From Octopus vulgaris (Eukaryota): DNA of 64,000 nt. Position 1 is the stretch's first letter, and the number at the start of each line of letters is the position of its first letter. Both the position numbers and the translations under genes were made by a program. The DNA is taken from assembly GCA_951406725.2 (NCBI GenBank), contig OX597814.1:96410001-96474000 (forward strand), written 5' to 3'. Positions 12,897-26,219 of this stretch are shown here, piece after piece. The notes under the pieces are model-generated. The model was not told where the DNA came from and did not search any database. It saw only the letters and a list, made by a program, of their open reading frames with translations.

Positions 12897-13059
12897 CTAC
12901 GGATGAAACAAGATGACATTATCAAAATATAGGTGGTGTTAATTTTTGTTAAGGTTTCTTAAATACTAGCTGGCCCCGTGCCGTCAAAAATGACATCTAG
13001 TCGTAGTATTTTATACATAAAAAGGGTACAATAAGGTGGAAAAAATCAAACAGTGCTTC

Positions 13060-13098
<39 letters not shown>

Positions 13099-13290
13099 CA
13101 TATGTATGCATTTATATGTATGGGTTGCACAGTATGTAGCGAACGCGGTTTTCTATACTTTGTCACAGCCCGCTTCCTTCCTATTTAAGTGTGTCTGTTT
13201 ACATATGTATGTGTAAATGCCCTGGTATCTATAATTCTATTTTCAATGTATCTTTCTAAATAAACATACACTCGCTCAAATATATAAATA

Positions 13291-13332
<42 letters not shown>

Positions 13333-13687
13333 GCCAACATTCACATTCCTCCCATTTACATGCACACACTTATACTCACACAGAATTGAAGCGCTGTTTG
13401 ATTTTTGTTTCACCATTGACTTTTCACCATCCCACTTCCATCGGTGAATCACCCCTTCCTTTCTCATTCATATGTTGTGACGGAGAAATACACTGGTGTA
13501 TTATTACAATAAGATTATTATAGCAGAAGATACACGACGCTCTCTTTGTCACTTCCTCTCTCTCTCTCATTGCTATCACTTTCTCTCATTCCCTCAGTCA
13601 TGACTATTACTCTTATTACTTCTCCTTCACCGAATTACTATTTTCTCTCCTCTCCCTTCACCATTCACTCCTACTCCGTAATTTTGG

Positions 13688-13767
<80 letters not shown>

Positions 13768-13769
<2 letters not shown>

Positions 13770-14038
13770 AGGCGCAATAGCCCAGTGGTTAGGGCAGCAG
13801 AATCGCGGTTTCAATTCCCTGGCCGGGCGTTGTGTGTGTTTATTGAGCGAAAACACCTAAAAAGCAGCAGGGGGTGGTGATCCCTGCTGTACTCTTTCAC
13901 CACTCTTTCTCTCACTCTTTCTTCTGTTGGCCTGCTCGCTTAGCCAGCGGGGTGGCGTCGTTCGAAGGGTAAAACAATGCGAGTGCATTGTGACCAGCGA
14001 TGTGTAGCAACATCTGATGGTCTGGTCGGTCACGTGAT
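13768..14038 (+). mobile_element. tRNA-derived SINE, family B
   Basis: Head GGAGGCGCAATAGCCCAGTGGTTAGGGC with a B-box-like GGTTTCAATTCCC; its tail (CATTGTGACCAGCG...CAACATCTG) also occurs near 6455. Confidence 0.75.
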
Positions 14039-14334
14039 ATATATATCTACAAATACATAAAAACACTACGCCCATTATTATATTAGGAGATTACTGTTGA
14101 GCATTTCCTAATTTTACAGAACAGTTTGGGAAGTCTATCAACAGAACTATTTACATACATTTGGTTTCAATAGTTAGCCATTGTTGTCAAATACAGTACA
14201 TAACACTCGCTTTGGTTAACTATGTAACTTGGTATAATGCGTGAATTAATCTTATTGTTGTACACTTACATATAAAATAGGTGAAACATCAACTAATTGA
14301 CGTTTTAATACATTCTATTATATGCACAAGGCCT

Positions 14335-14470
14335 GTAATGTTGGGGAATAGGGAGAGTTGATTACAGCGACCTCAGTTCTCAACTGGTACTTATTTTATT
14401 GACCTCCTAAAGGATAAAAGGCAAAGTCAACTTCGCTGGAATTTGAACTCAGAGTGTTAAGACGGACGAA
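14335..14470 (-). mobile_element. SINE family A fragment
   Basis: Similarity to other copies. Confidence 0.75.
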
Positions 14471-14499
14471 AATGATATTTTGATATTAACTATACTGTA

Positions 14500-14720
14500 A
14501 GGCAACGACCTGGCAGAATCGTTAGCACGACGGACAAAATGTTTAGCAGCATTTCGTTCGTCTTTACGTTCTTAGTTCAAATTTCGCCGGGGTAAACTTT
14601 GCTTTTCATACTTTCCGGGTCGATAAAACAAGTACTAGTTGAGAACGGTGGATATAATCGACTTAAACCTCCTTCAAAATTGATGGAATTTGAAACCAAT
14701 AATCTTTTCTACTCTAAGCA
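14500..14720 (+). mobile_element. SINE family A
   Basis: TGGCAGAATCGTTAGCACG...AGTTCAAATTTCGCC. Confidence 0.8.
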
Positions 14721-14915
14721 CAAGGCCCGAAATTTTGGAGGAGGGGACCAGTCGATTATAATCTACCCCAGTAAGCAACTGGTGCTTAATTTATCGACCC
14801 TGAAAGGATGAAAGACAGAGTCGACCTTGGCGGAATTTGAACTCAGAACATAAAGACAGACGAAATACTGCGTAGCATTTCGCTTGGCGTGCTAACGTTT
14901 CTGCCAGTTTGCCAC
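14721..14915 (-). mobile_element. SINE family A
   Basis: Reverse-complement copy lying tail-to-tail with the preceding one. Confidence 0.8.
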
Positions 14916-16305
14916 CTCAAATTTGAAGCTATATTTTTATGTGTTTTGAGTTTAAATCATGATTTCAATCTTCATCCTTCCAGGATGATACGACGATACA
15001 ATGGAGTCCTACAAAGTTTGAGGCACCCTACAAACACAAGATATCAGTATTGATTTAATAGGAAAATTCGAGTTGTGAATAGGCTACAGGGCAGGACCAC
15101 AGGCCATCTAGTATTTAGTTTCATCCATCAACGTTCTAGGTTCAAATCATACCAGTGTTTTCTTTCATTTTCAGTCGTCATCGGTCGCTAAAATATATTC
15201 AAAGGATGTACTAGTACTCTATTTAGAACTGTATCAGTTAATATTCATCCCAACTCGTGTCCATGGTTATTACTCTTGACTCCCAAAATATCCTTCACTT
15301 CTTTCATACTTTTGAGTGTTTGTGTTTGGTGTGTGTATGTGTGTGTGTGTCTGTGTCTGTGTGCGCGCGCACATATCTCTATATATCACATAGGAACAAA
15401 TCCCACAAGGTATTTTGCATTTTCTACGACACTCTAACGACTCTACCAATCCACTCTATTGTCAATATGCAACAATGCTAGAGATAATCGTTAGCTTTTG
15501 ATGAATCAGTGGAGAAATGTGTTACGAAAAGCTAATGATTTATGATAACCGATCTTTAAAATACAGAAAAAAGAATATGATAGACTTTAACGAACCGTAA
15601 GTACTAGACAGTCGATAAACTGTGGTTTAGAGACAGTCCCAGTAGTAAGCACTGTAATGGAAAAATCCCAGAAGAAACCTGTCCGATGAAGCAAATAAAC
15701 GGGCAACATAACTGGGGAATTCTCATGCGAGACAAATCAAAAGATTTCTGGTATGCGACATAGGAAAAACCAATCTCCAATGAATTTGACTATTTGAAAA
15801 CTGTACTGAAAGCTACTGAACAGGGAAAGAGAGACTGGAAAAGGTACAGAGGAAAATCATAAATATTTAATGCTAGCATTTTCAATATGTTGCAAATGGC
15901 TGTAGTAATTGTAAGGAGAAAAGAGATTACTTTTCTTTAGAAATGTGATATAATGTAGCATGTTACGTAGAATTGAATTTATAATGGAAGATTGAAGAGT
16001 TTGATGAATTTATAATGAAAGATTGAAGAGTTTGATGGGGATAAAAGTTCACTCTGAAGTGAACTTTTGAGGGTGTAATAGAAGGAGACTCGTCAGAACC
16101 GGTCGTCTTGTTGGATTGGAGGGATCGGTTATTTTTCACACTTAGCAACTTGAGAATATGTTTGACGCTAAACACTATTTTAATGATGACCTTTCTGAAA
16201 GCATTGTGGTGGTGATTAAATGTCTTCCAGTTGATAGTGGGGATTAAACTATAAACAATATTTTTGTCTGTACAACCGAACCACTTAAAAGCTGAGGGTA
16301 TCAGT

Positions 16306-16312
16306 GATGTGT

Positions 16313-16397
<85 letters not shown>

Positions 16398-16410
16398 TGT
16401 GTTTGTGTGA
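16306..16410. repeat. (GT)n microsatellite
   Basis: Direct reading. Confidence 0.95.
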
Positions 16411-17399
16411 GTGTAGAAAGTGGAGAGACATACTTTGAAACAAAAGTTGACTTACATCAATGGTCAAGGGTAGCCAACGAAGGACTAAAAGAATTGACAA
16501 GTAAGCTGACTTGAAGTATCAATAGTTCGCTCTGCAGATGGTTGTATAAAAGAGATATGTGAGATGAGTTGCTTGATTGAGTAACCAGTCGTCATACAAG
16601 ACGATGAAAGAAAAGGTATCTTACGTAACTTCACACGGATACCTCACCCACCCGTACACCTTCACACAAAGATAAAGTTTGCAAGGTGACAGAAAAGTTT
16701 AAGGGTGTTTTGAGAGTCGGAATATGAACTGGGGATGCGATCTAGGAAGAATACTAATTGCGTCAGTTCAAAACAGGGTTATAACGTATATAATTGATGT
16801 CAAAACATATATCATTAGATATCCTTCTGTTCTTTCTAGATATCACTGATCACTTCATCCTCATAAAAAAAGTCATTAACTTCGAACAATCTCTGATGAA
16901 GATATGACAAACTAGTAACCTTCAACAGTGCCTAAAACACAATTGATACACATGGCAGGGAAACATTTTTGTGCATCACCCTCCCTACTCATGATCAATA
17001 TGACTCAAAGTTGCCTTCGTAATGATGTGAAGATGTCACATGTAGGATAAATTCTGATTAGCGGTTGAAGATACTTCTGTTCTCTCTAGTCACAAAAACT
17101 TTTCAATATAGCACGGGTTTCATAATATCTCACCTTTCCTTTATAAATCTGAGACCTTTCCAAATCAACATTTTTACAGCTTAATCAAGATGGGCAGTGC
17201 ACATGACTCTTTATTTTTTGTGGCAGGATCTTCGAGAGCTATAGGAAAAAGACCTTTCAAAAGATACTTGTAACAGAGGGAACTCCGCTAAAATTACCAA
17301 AGAACCGGCTAATGATATTAAACTAGGTAACAGATTTACGCTGTTGCTCAAGATCTTAGAAGGCAAAAAACTAGGACAAAAAACCACCAGGCATTCCAA

Positions 17400-17560
17400 C
17401 TCACTGGATTGGGCTGCTACTTTAGTTTACCAACCCTGAAAGGATGAAAGGAAAACCTGGCTTCGGCGGAATTTGAACTGTGAACGCAGAGAGACGGAGC
17501 AAATTCCGCCAAATATTATTTTTATCTTACACTCTAACCACTCTGCTAATTCACTGCTTC
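17400..17560 (-). mobile_element. SINE family A fragment
   Basis: GAAAGGATGAAAGG...CGGCGGAATTTGAACT. Confidence 0.7.
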
Positions 17561-18949
17561 AACAGCAATAGTTACAGCTTCCGTTACTGTTTGACGATTC
17601 AGTAAGGAAAATGTTTTATGGTGAACTAACCAACAACAATGGATGCTAACACATTAAACATTATCGAGCGATAAATTAACTTTCAATAGTAAATAGTTTC
17701 TAGAGAAATGATTCAACGACCATCAAGAAACGTTAGCATTTTAAACTCTGTTATCATTGCAAGCCATGAATTAACCTCATGATATTTTTACCGAGAAATA
17801 TTTTAATGTCACGAAATTTCAAAAAGCATTCTACTTATTTTCAGTCAAAAGTTCATTCTCAGAAAAAGTTTTGTCTGATTAGGTTATTGTATTTCAGGAG
17901 GTATGTCTTTTAACAGTTTTCGCCTTCTCAATTCAATTTACAAAACAAATTGTCCATACATTGTGATTCAGTCTTCGGGATTAATCCACTATGATTATTT
18001 CATAATAATCACAAGTTTTATGTAATAAATGTCATCGCTTACACGATAAAAGTTTCCTCAAGTACATCATGGTCAAACAATTTCCTGAGTTCACTTAAAT
18101 CTCAACAATTATCGATAGTCTACAAAGCTCCGGTAGGCCTACATACAGTAGTGCTTTCACATCTGGGATGTCGCTTCTGTACACAAAAACAACTGAGACG
18201 GCACTCAGTAAAAGGCTGCTCAACTTATCGGCATAATGTTACTCACAGACGAATCCCAGCCTCTTCTACAACTATAATGGCTTCCGCTTCTAGGGGTTGA
18301 TTTGGCTTATGCTACCACCAATAAGACACTCCCGTTCTACTCATCTCCTCTCATTACTTGTTGAGTTGAATTCACCTTTCAAAATAGAAAAAAAGAAAAT
18401 AATCAGAGTTCGGAGAAATGTGTCGTTACCAGTAAGGCAATGCTAGTGTGTGGCGGCACATCCCTCCTAACTTGTATTGATCAGTTTCATCAGCGACATC
18501 GTCCCAAAATGTTAATCTATCAATGAAATGATAATTTATTTATTTATTAATGACTATAAATTAGTAAAAAAAATCGTGCAAAACATGACTAAGTTTACTT
18601 TGCTAACGGAATATGTACTAACATATCATTAATGCCATGGTTTTGTATCATAATATTTTATTTAATCGTGGAGGAAATATATTACTGTCGTATAATAGAC
18701 GTATTACATAATTGTCAACAAGAGCCTTTGTGCCTGATATTGGCCTGTAGTCAGACTGTAGTTTGGTTGTAATTTGGACAGTATCAGACGTAAAGCTTGA
18801 CATTTTTAAGATTCCAGACTTGTTTCTCTTATTGCGTAATAAATCCCCTCCACTGAATAGACATTCGAGATACGAGGATAGAAGTTGTAACTTTTGCTTA
18901 TAAAGGATATTTGCATGCAACTTCATGAGAAACTCACATGAAAATGGTC

Positions 18950-20330
18950 ATGACACGATGCAATACTTTGACAGATTCATCATTACGAAGCATTGATAGC
19001 TATCACTGAAACAATTAGATGACATCGATGAGACTTCACATACCACAATGGAGAAGAAAATTTTAGCTAAATTGGTGAATTGCTTGTTGAAGGATATCTC
19101 AAGCTGAGACAATTGATGTATTTGATAAATTTCAACAGTGTGATAACTAAAAGTCGAGGAGAGCGTTGAGCCATTGGGTGAAGCAAGGAGGTTATTTCTG
19201 TGATTCTCAAAATTTTCACGTTTGCACTAAAAAGTGCCTTTTTCAATACTTTGCTGTTTTTCATTGTAGATACTGAATTTACCAAAAATATCTATTGCTA
19301 ACAAGTGAGTTAGATGGATCTGTATCAATTATTGATTCATCGCAGATAATATCAAGGACAGTGTTGTATAGCTACATAAAGTGGTGCAAACAGTTTCTTA
19401 CGGCTATCTAGCGGACGGCAATAATTTTCACTACTTTTTTCGCAAAATTGTAATATGGAAAAGGCGCTCGTTCTGTGAATTTCCTTTAATGGCATTGTTA
19501 CATACAACGACTGCTGACATTAATTTAGTTTTACAGCATTCCTCGACCATTGCGTTATTCAACAAGAAAATCAAATTTTATTGTTGAATAACGCAAGGCA
19601 TACCAACCATTGATGAACTTATCTTTCATCAACTTTGAACCCTCTTTATGTCATCATAGAAGATGCATAGTTCCTACAGAGCCTGAAACTACGGAACTAA
19701 AATTGATCTCCATATCTTTGAAGTATTCCTGAGTCATTTTCATAGGAGGAACCATCAGTAATAGCATGATTTTAGTCGTTGTTAGACTTTTCTAAGATAA
19801 CATCTCGTCTATCAGTGTACTATCATTCTCAACTTGGCTGTATGCCAGAAATAGGCTACTATTACACATAACCGATTCACCATGTTGACGATCGAAATAT
19901 CAGCTTCAAAATTTATTAACTACTTATATTTTCCTCCATACCATATACTATTTCGTCTATGCTGCAACCACCTGTAACATTGCTCAATGGAAGACTACTT
20001 CCCAATGCGCTATCTTGCTGCGGAATACTTCTCATAAAAGATGAACACCAGTTTTTACAAAACCTCACCAATAGAAAGGAGCCTTCCAGCTTTAGTTATC
20101 AATGGTGATGATTTGAAGCTTCCAGTCAAAATTCGATGATGTTGGTGTAGGCTTGGCCAAGACAGCGGTAATTCTTCTTCGACTGTTGCATTTCTGCAGT
20201 AAATTCAGGAATTGTTCACATGGTTTGTTGGATAATTCATCAAATTTGTTTGTGTAACGTGCGTTCAGGCGACAATGTTTTGTAGACTCATTGCTATGCC
20301 CAGAATTGCATATCAAACATTATAGAATGT
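18950..20330 (-). mobile_element. Highly decayed Tigger/pogo (CENP-B-like) transposase
   Basis: Three segments lie in the expected order: HTH-psq-like (QFLNLLQKCNSRRRITAVLAKPTPT), CENP-B HTH-like (CYRWLQHRR..FRSSTW) and DDE_1-like (VKILRITEITSLLHPMAQ, cf. LPPNTTSLLQPMDQG). Confidence 0.55.
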
Positions 20331-20526
20331 GGCAGTCATGAGAAGCTGTAAAATTCCCAGGTTTCAGACAATCAGAGTTAAAAGAGTTAAACTGATAGAC
20401 ATTTTTTTATTCTGGAGGAAGCCACTGCAAATTAATGGATTTCGAGTACGGTTGTTGCTAGGCAGAAAAGCAATCAACAAAATAAAACAAAATTTAAATA
20501 AAATACACTTCACTAATACACGTAAT

Positions 20527-20727
<201 letters not shown>

Positions 20728-21194
20728 AATCTATGTAATTAACTGAACCATTCTTGCCACAACATCCAATCAAAATAGTTTGAATATTGTTACGCTGAAT
20801 TAAGTTCATATATGTGAGTGCATATATTACAAATTAACTTGTTTTTTTTTGTCTCTCTACTTTTGTCCACGCCTTATTCCTTTCAAATTGTCAGAAACAT
20901 GATCAAATGAATTCTTTTGTGTATATCCATATGGTGCACGAGCGGTTTAATGTACTCACAATTTGATATACAACTTAAAACACAGGGCAGCTGGTGAATA
21001 ATTCTATGTCTGCATGCGTTCGAGTTGACATCATTTAGGTCAAGTCATCTATTTATCGCTATAACTGCTCAGTCGACTGATGGCTGCGAGTAAAAGTTGA
21101 TTCATTGCGCATGTGCGCAATCATTGTACCCATTATGAATATATACATATATACATGTGTGTGTGTGTATGCTGTAGGTATGGAAGATAATAGG

Positions 21195-21410
21195 ATCTCA
21201 AAGCAGCTGTGCTATGGTAAGTTGCGCACTCTAAATCGTCCTCAGCATACACTGAAAACAGAAAAATAATTAGAAAGACGGCATGAAAGGCAATCTGAAG
21301 GAACTGCGCATCGATGTCAAGAAATGGAAAGAACTAGCTCCGGAAAAAGTTGAGTGGAGGAAACATATAAGGGAAGGTTGTGAAACTATTGAAGAGGGTC
21401 GCCTTAAGCA
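21195..21410 (+). mobile_element. RTE-clade LINE ORF2 3' fragment
   Basis: LKQLCYGKL...KDGMKGNLKELRIDVKKWKELAPEKVEWRKHIREG. Confidence 0.75.
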
Positions 21411-22159
21411 CGAAAGGTTAAAGTATTTCTAAGGTTTGGTATGTCACCCTTTTGAAGACTCTTGAAAGACCAACTGTATACAACGTCGTCGCCTTGATCT
21501 GGTGATTCAACGCGTGTAATATATAGAAAAATTTGTGACTCGATTTCTTGTCTGAAAAGATATATGACAGTACAAAAAGAACATTTCTCACACAGTGACC
21601 CAATCATCTCTATGCTTCAAACCATGCAAATTAGCAGCGGGACTGAATAGTAATCTGAAAGGTTATGGACAGAAAGTCAGAAATACCATTAACAAAGAAG
21701 AAGCACCTAGAAATGGTAATCATTTGCTAAGTGAAACAATCACTAAATAATATATATAGCTATTATTAAAATAATGTTTTGTCTGTTACTGTTTCCGGTC
21801 GATAGTGTACTCTGTGTCTTCTTACCTCTGCTTTTCATTCGCCTTTCTCCGTAATGTGCATGTGTCTGTTCGTATAGTTATAAATGTGTTCTACCTATAT
21901 GTTCTCTCAATCTGTGTGTATGTTTTTCTTCGCCCGTTTTCGTCACTCCCGAAAGCAGAGATACACACATATGCACACAAAGACAGAGCAGCAAGAAAGT
22001 GATAAAAATAGATTGAGGTAGAGGACTAGAAAGTAATCTGATATACACATAAAATAATATTTCGTGGAGTGAAACTGACATCTGACAATGTATGTTAACC
22101 AAAGATACTCTGAAGTAAGAGATAGACAGTGTATGAAAGCAGGAGTCACATAATATGAA

Positions 22160-23410
22160 ATATATGCATTCCAGAGTTTTGAGATTTTTTTTCAGAAGAG
22201 ACGTCTATTAATTTCAAAGAAGGACATAACTTTAATCTCCTTCAAAGTAGGATCTTCTGACTTCAATGCACTTGTTATACAGCTCTGACCACTCTACAAA
22301 GACCCCATAGAAGTCCTCCAAAATAAAGGTGTCAAGGTCTCTTGTCAGATCTACCTTCATCTTCTCAATCTTTTCTCACGACAGTCCCCGAGGTTCTCCT
22401 TCAGCTTGAGGAATAACCAAAAGTCACAGGGAGCAAGGTTTGGATTGTAAGGAGAGTGAGGAACAGTTTTTATGCATATCTCAGTCAAGTAGTTGGTTAC
22501 CAGGATGAAATTATGGACCGGTGAATTGTCCTGGTACAGGTGCCACCGACGTCAGTGGAAGAGCTCTAGCATTTTACAACAAAATATCTTCCTAAACTTC
22601 CTCAAAACCTCCACAAAGTACTGTTTGCTGACTGTGTGACCAGAGGGAACCGAATGGATGTATACGATTCTCTTGCTGTTGAAAAAGGGGATCCTCTTGA
22701 GTTTACGGTAGACTTTATTTGCTTAGCCTTCTTGGATCTGAAGGAGCCAGAATGCGTCCATTGGGCACTCCGTCCTTTGATCTCTGGATCATAAGAGTAG
22801 ATCCAACTTTCGTCAAAGGTCACCAGAAACTTAAGTACTCTTGGATTGGAAGTAATGAGCTCAACTATCTCCTTGCTGTTACCAACACGTCTTTTTTCTG
22901 TTCACCACTGAGCACCCTGGGAAAAACTTTGCATACATTTTGCGTATGTTCAGACCTTCATGTATGATCCTGTACACAGTGGCCACACAGATTCTAAACT
23001 GTATGCTATTGTATTTGCAGACACACAAAGGTCTCCCCCCAGAAAATTTCGAATTTTCCCAATCAGCTCTGATTTTCTGAGGTCCTTCTTCCTCCTACAG
23101 CCTTCATCGTTTCTCATCTCTACTCTATCGTCCTTGAACCGCTTGTGCCAGTGAAAAACGGATGCCCGGCTTATACAAGTTAATCCATAAATAATCTGGA
23201 ACATTTTATAAGTTTCTGTGACGTTTTTGCCCAGTTTAACACAAAACTTTATTGCATAGCCAGCTTCCAAAATGTCTTCACGTCCCGACTGCATTCTGCA
23301 AAGTAGTCAGTTATGCTTTAAATGTATAGCTACAAAAGTTACAATAATCTAGAACAGTTATAACTGCCTCTCCTGGAAAAGGCTTCAGATCTGGTGGAAT
23401 GCTCCTCGTC
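22160..23410 (-). mobile_element. Mariner transposon, degenerate, near full length
   Basis: AIKFCVKLGKNVTETYKM (HTH), TFDESWIYSYDPE, PHSPYNPNLAPCDFWLF; decayed TIRs sharing GCATTCC at both ends. Confidence 0.88.
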
Positions 23411-23804
23411 CAACTCTGTCTACAGCCTCTTCCATTCCATATGTGTGTGTGTGTGGTGGGGGAGGGGGTCTCCGCGTGTGTATATCTATGAGCATGTAAA
23501 TTCATTGACATAAAACGTAATGACAGAGCAGTGAATCATCATATTAAGATAAATATGTGAATATATTTCAAAATCGATTAAATTTTCAAAATAACATCTC
23601 AACTAACATGCTCAAATGTATGTAACTACGTGCAGTGGTCCCAGAAAGAGAATTCTGTAGATAGCTAACGAAATCTCTGGTGCATAAAATAGTAATATAC
23701 ATTTAGATATACGGATTGCGGAGATATTTTGAAAGTGTAATGGATATTAATTTGAATCTTTTCAATCATATATTCTCTGACTTTCAGTAAGTGAATTGAA
23801 TACT

Positions 23805-24160
<356 letters not shown>

Positions 24161-24639
24161 ATAAATTGAAAGGTATAATGAATAAACGCTCCAATCAGTC
24201 AAAACGATTTAATATTCCCAAATGATAAAAAATCGAATATAAACATACATTATTATATAAATATGAATATATATTAAAACAATAGGACATCCAAAGGCGA
24301 CTAAAAATTTAAGGCAATGGGGCTAAAATAATATAAATATAAATATATAAAAATACAAGAATATAAATATAAAAAAATAAAGCGAATGGTAACCGGAACA
24401 AAATCCATTCAAGCCTATCTCCACGATCATTTCAAATGATGCTGCTTCACATCGTTAATGTACAATCTATAAAGGAAGATTTACAAGGGATTCACATTTC
24501 TGGTTATCACTTTGTTTCTCCTTTCGTCGCGCTGTCACATGAGCACTTCCTCTGCAGTCCTATTTTTATTTTTGTTCTTCGGTTTAACGAAGTTATAAAA
24601 TTATCCTCTTATATATATATACAAATTCTATAATTATAT

Positions 24640-24910
24640 GCTTCACCAAATACCGAAATTTAGAAATAGCAGTTAAACTACTATTTTACTACCATAAGAT
24701 ATCTCCCAGACAGCAATACTCAACAACTCACGCAGGTAACAAGAAAAAGCAACGAATCTACTTTTTTTCCTCTTTTCTCTTTACTTGCTGAACTCCTAAT
24801 TATAATTATACTCATAATTATAGCATTTTTGTATAAGTTTACCGATAACGGTTCTTTTAACATACTGAACTGCTTGGTAAAATTATTAATTATTAATTAA
24901 TTAATTCTAC

Positions 24911-24978
<68 letters not shown>

Positions 24979-25200
24979 ATGCATATATATATGTATATAT
25001 ATATATATATAAAGTTAATCCAAACAAGAAAACAAAAAAACACAACAACGCGAGGACGTGAAACAAATATAGTATTATTGGACGCTCAGGAAAGAAGGTT
25101 TAACGTTTCGAGCGGAGCTCTTCGTCGGAAAGATAGGAGAAGGAAAGATCCTGAGAAGGGAAGACAGAGGAAAAAAAATCGCCAACGGTACACACGAGGT
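24640..25200. repeat. Dispersed repeat segments, probably Penelope-terminal derived, around a (TA)n tract
   Basis: CCGAA(A)TTTAGAAATAGCAGT is shared with 35080-35200 and 42820-42930 (reverse); a minimal hammerhead-like motif lies at 25101-25133. Confidence 0.45.
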
Positions 25201-25201
25201 C

Positions 25202-25262
<61 letters not shown>

Positions 25263-25295
25263 ATGTATGTATGTATGTATGTATATATATATGAA

Positions 25296-25326
<31 letters not shown>

Positions 25327-25624
25327 GCGCATATATACATGCATCAATACAGGAGTTAGGGGTATACTTCAAGAGCCATACTTGAAAAGAACAATATCCA
25401 TCCGCGCCTATATAAAGGCACAGTGTACAATCTGGTAATTATTAATGCTCGTGTATTCATTTTATACGTGTATTCATTTTATACAGAATGACTGCCGGAT
25501 CACACACGATACTCATTACATAAGTGCGGCCGAATATTGTACTTTTCGAATATGAAACTTGAAGTAGCCCACCCATAATTACTGTATTTCTTAAATGATA
25601 TTTCATTCACAGAGCATTGAGACC

Positions 25625-25858
25625 TTTTTTTGTTAAATCGAATAGTACGCGCGCGCTCACATACACACTCGCGCACACGCAGGCACACACGCACATATGC
25701 AAGAACACACAAGCACGCGCACACATACATATATGCAGACATACACAGACTTACAAACATAAATACATATACTCCGTACATGCATGTATACATAAATATA
25801 TAAGTGTATATTTGAATACAAGTATGTGCACACACACACACACACACATACACACACG

Positions 25859-25925
<67 letters not shown>
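25625..25925. repeat. (CA)n-rich microsatellite
   Basis: Direct reading. Confidence 0.95.
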
Positions 25926-25928
<3 letters not shown>

Positions 25929-26219
25929 ACTAACGGAACATCCTATTTTGCCCAGACTGAAAATAGTTGTAAATGGCCGAAAATTGTTCTTAATGAAGGC
26001 ATTTTCTGTGTCATAGAATTTCTCTTGAAAATTTATTGCCCATGTAATTGTCTTCTTTTGCATTTATAGCAGTTCAGTGGCTAATATATTCTGCATGAGA
26101 TTCGAACACACTATTAGTACTATAATTTAATTGTGTGAATGACTTATAGTTAATACTGGCGAATTAAGGAAGAACACGGTGGAAACGATTTTATTCCATT
26201 TGAAACTATTATTGAACAT

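Noticed and set aside
12811-12930. Plus-strand frame QILLVVDNAHTNRAVRASGIMEGSEESLRMKQDDIIKI* as an SH3-like exon
   Set aside because: It ends in a stop, splice sites are weak and the resemblance is superficial; the minus-strand splice signals are better.
13768-13830. tRNA genes at SINE heads (also 31605, 37937)
   Set aside because: A and B boxes are present but no full cloverleaf, and each continues into a multi-copy SINE body.
15980-16040. About 31-bp tandem duplication GAATTTATAATG.AAGATTGAAGAGTTTGAT
   Set aside because: Only two copies with no spacers; an ordinary local duplication, not a CRISPR-like array.
16893-16917. CTGATGAAGATATGACAAACTAGTA as a hammerhead
   Set aside because: It lacks G12 (CAAA for GAAA), and stems I and II cannot form; at most a fossil.
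21105-21122. ATTGCGCATGTGCGCAAT palindrome as an NRF1-like promoter site
   Set aside because: It is an imperfect match with no CpG island or other promoter evidence nearby.
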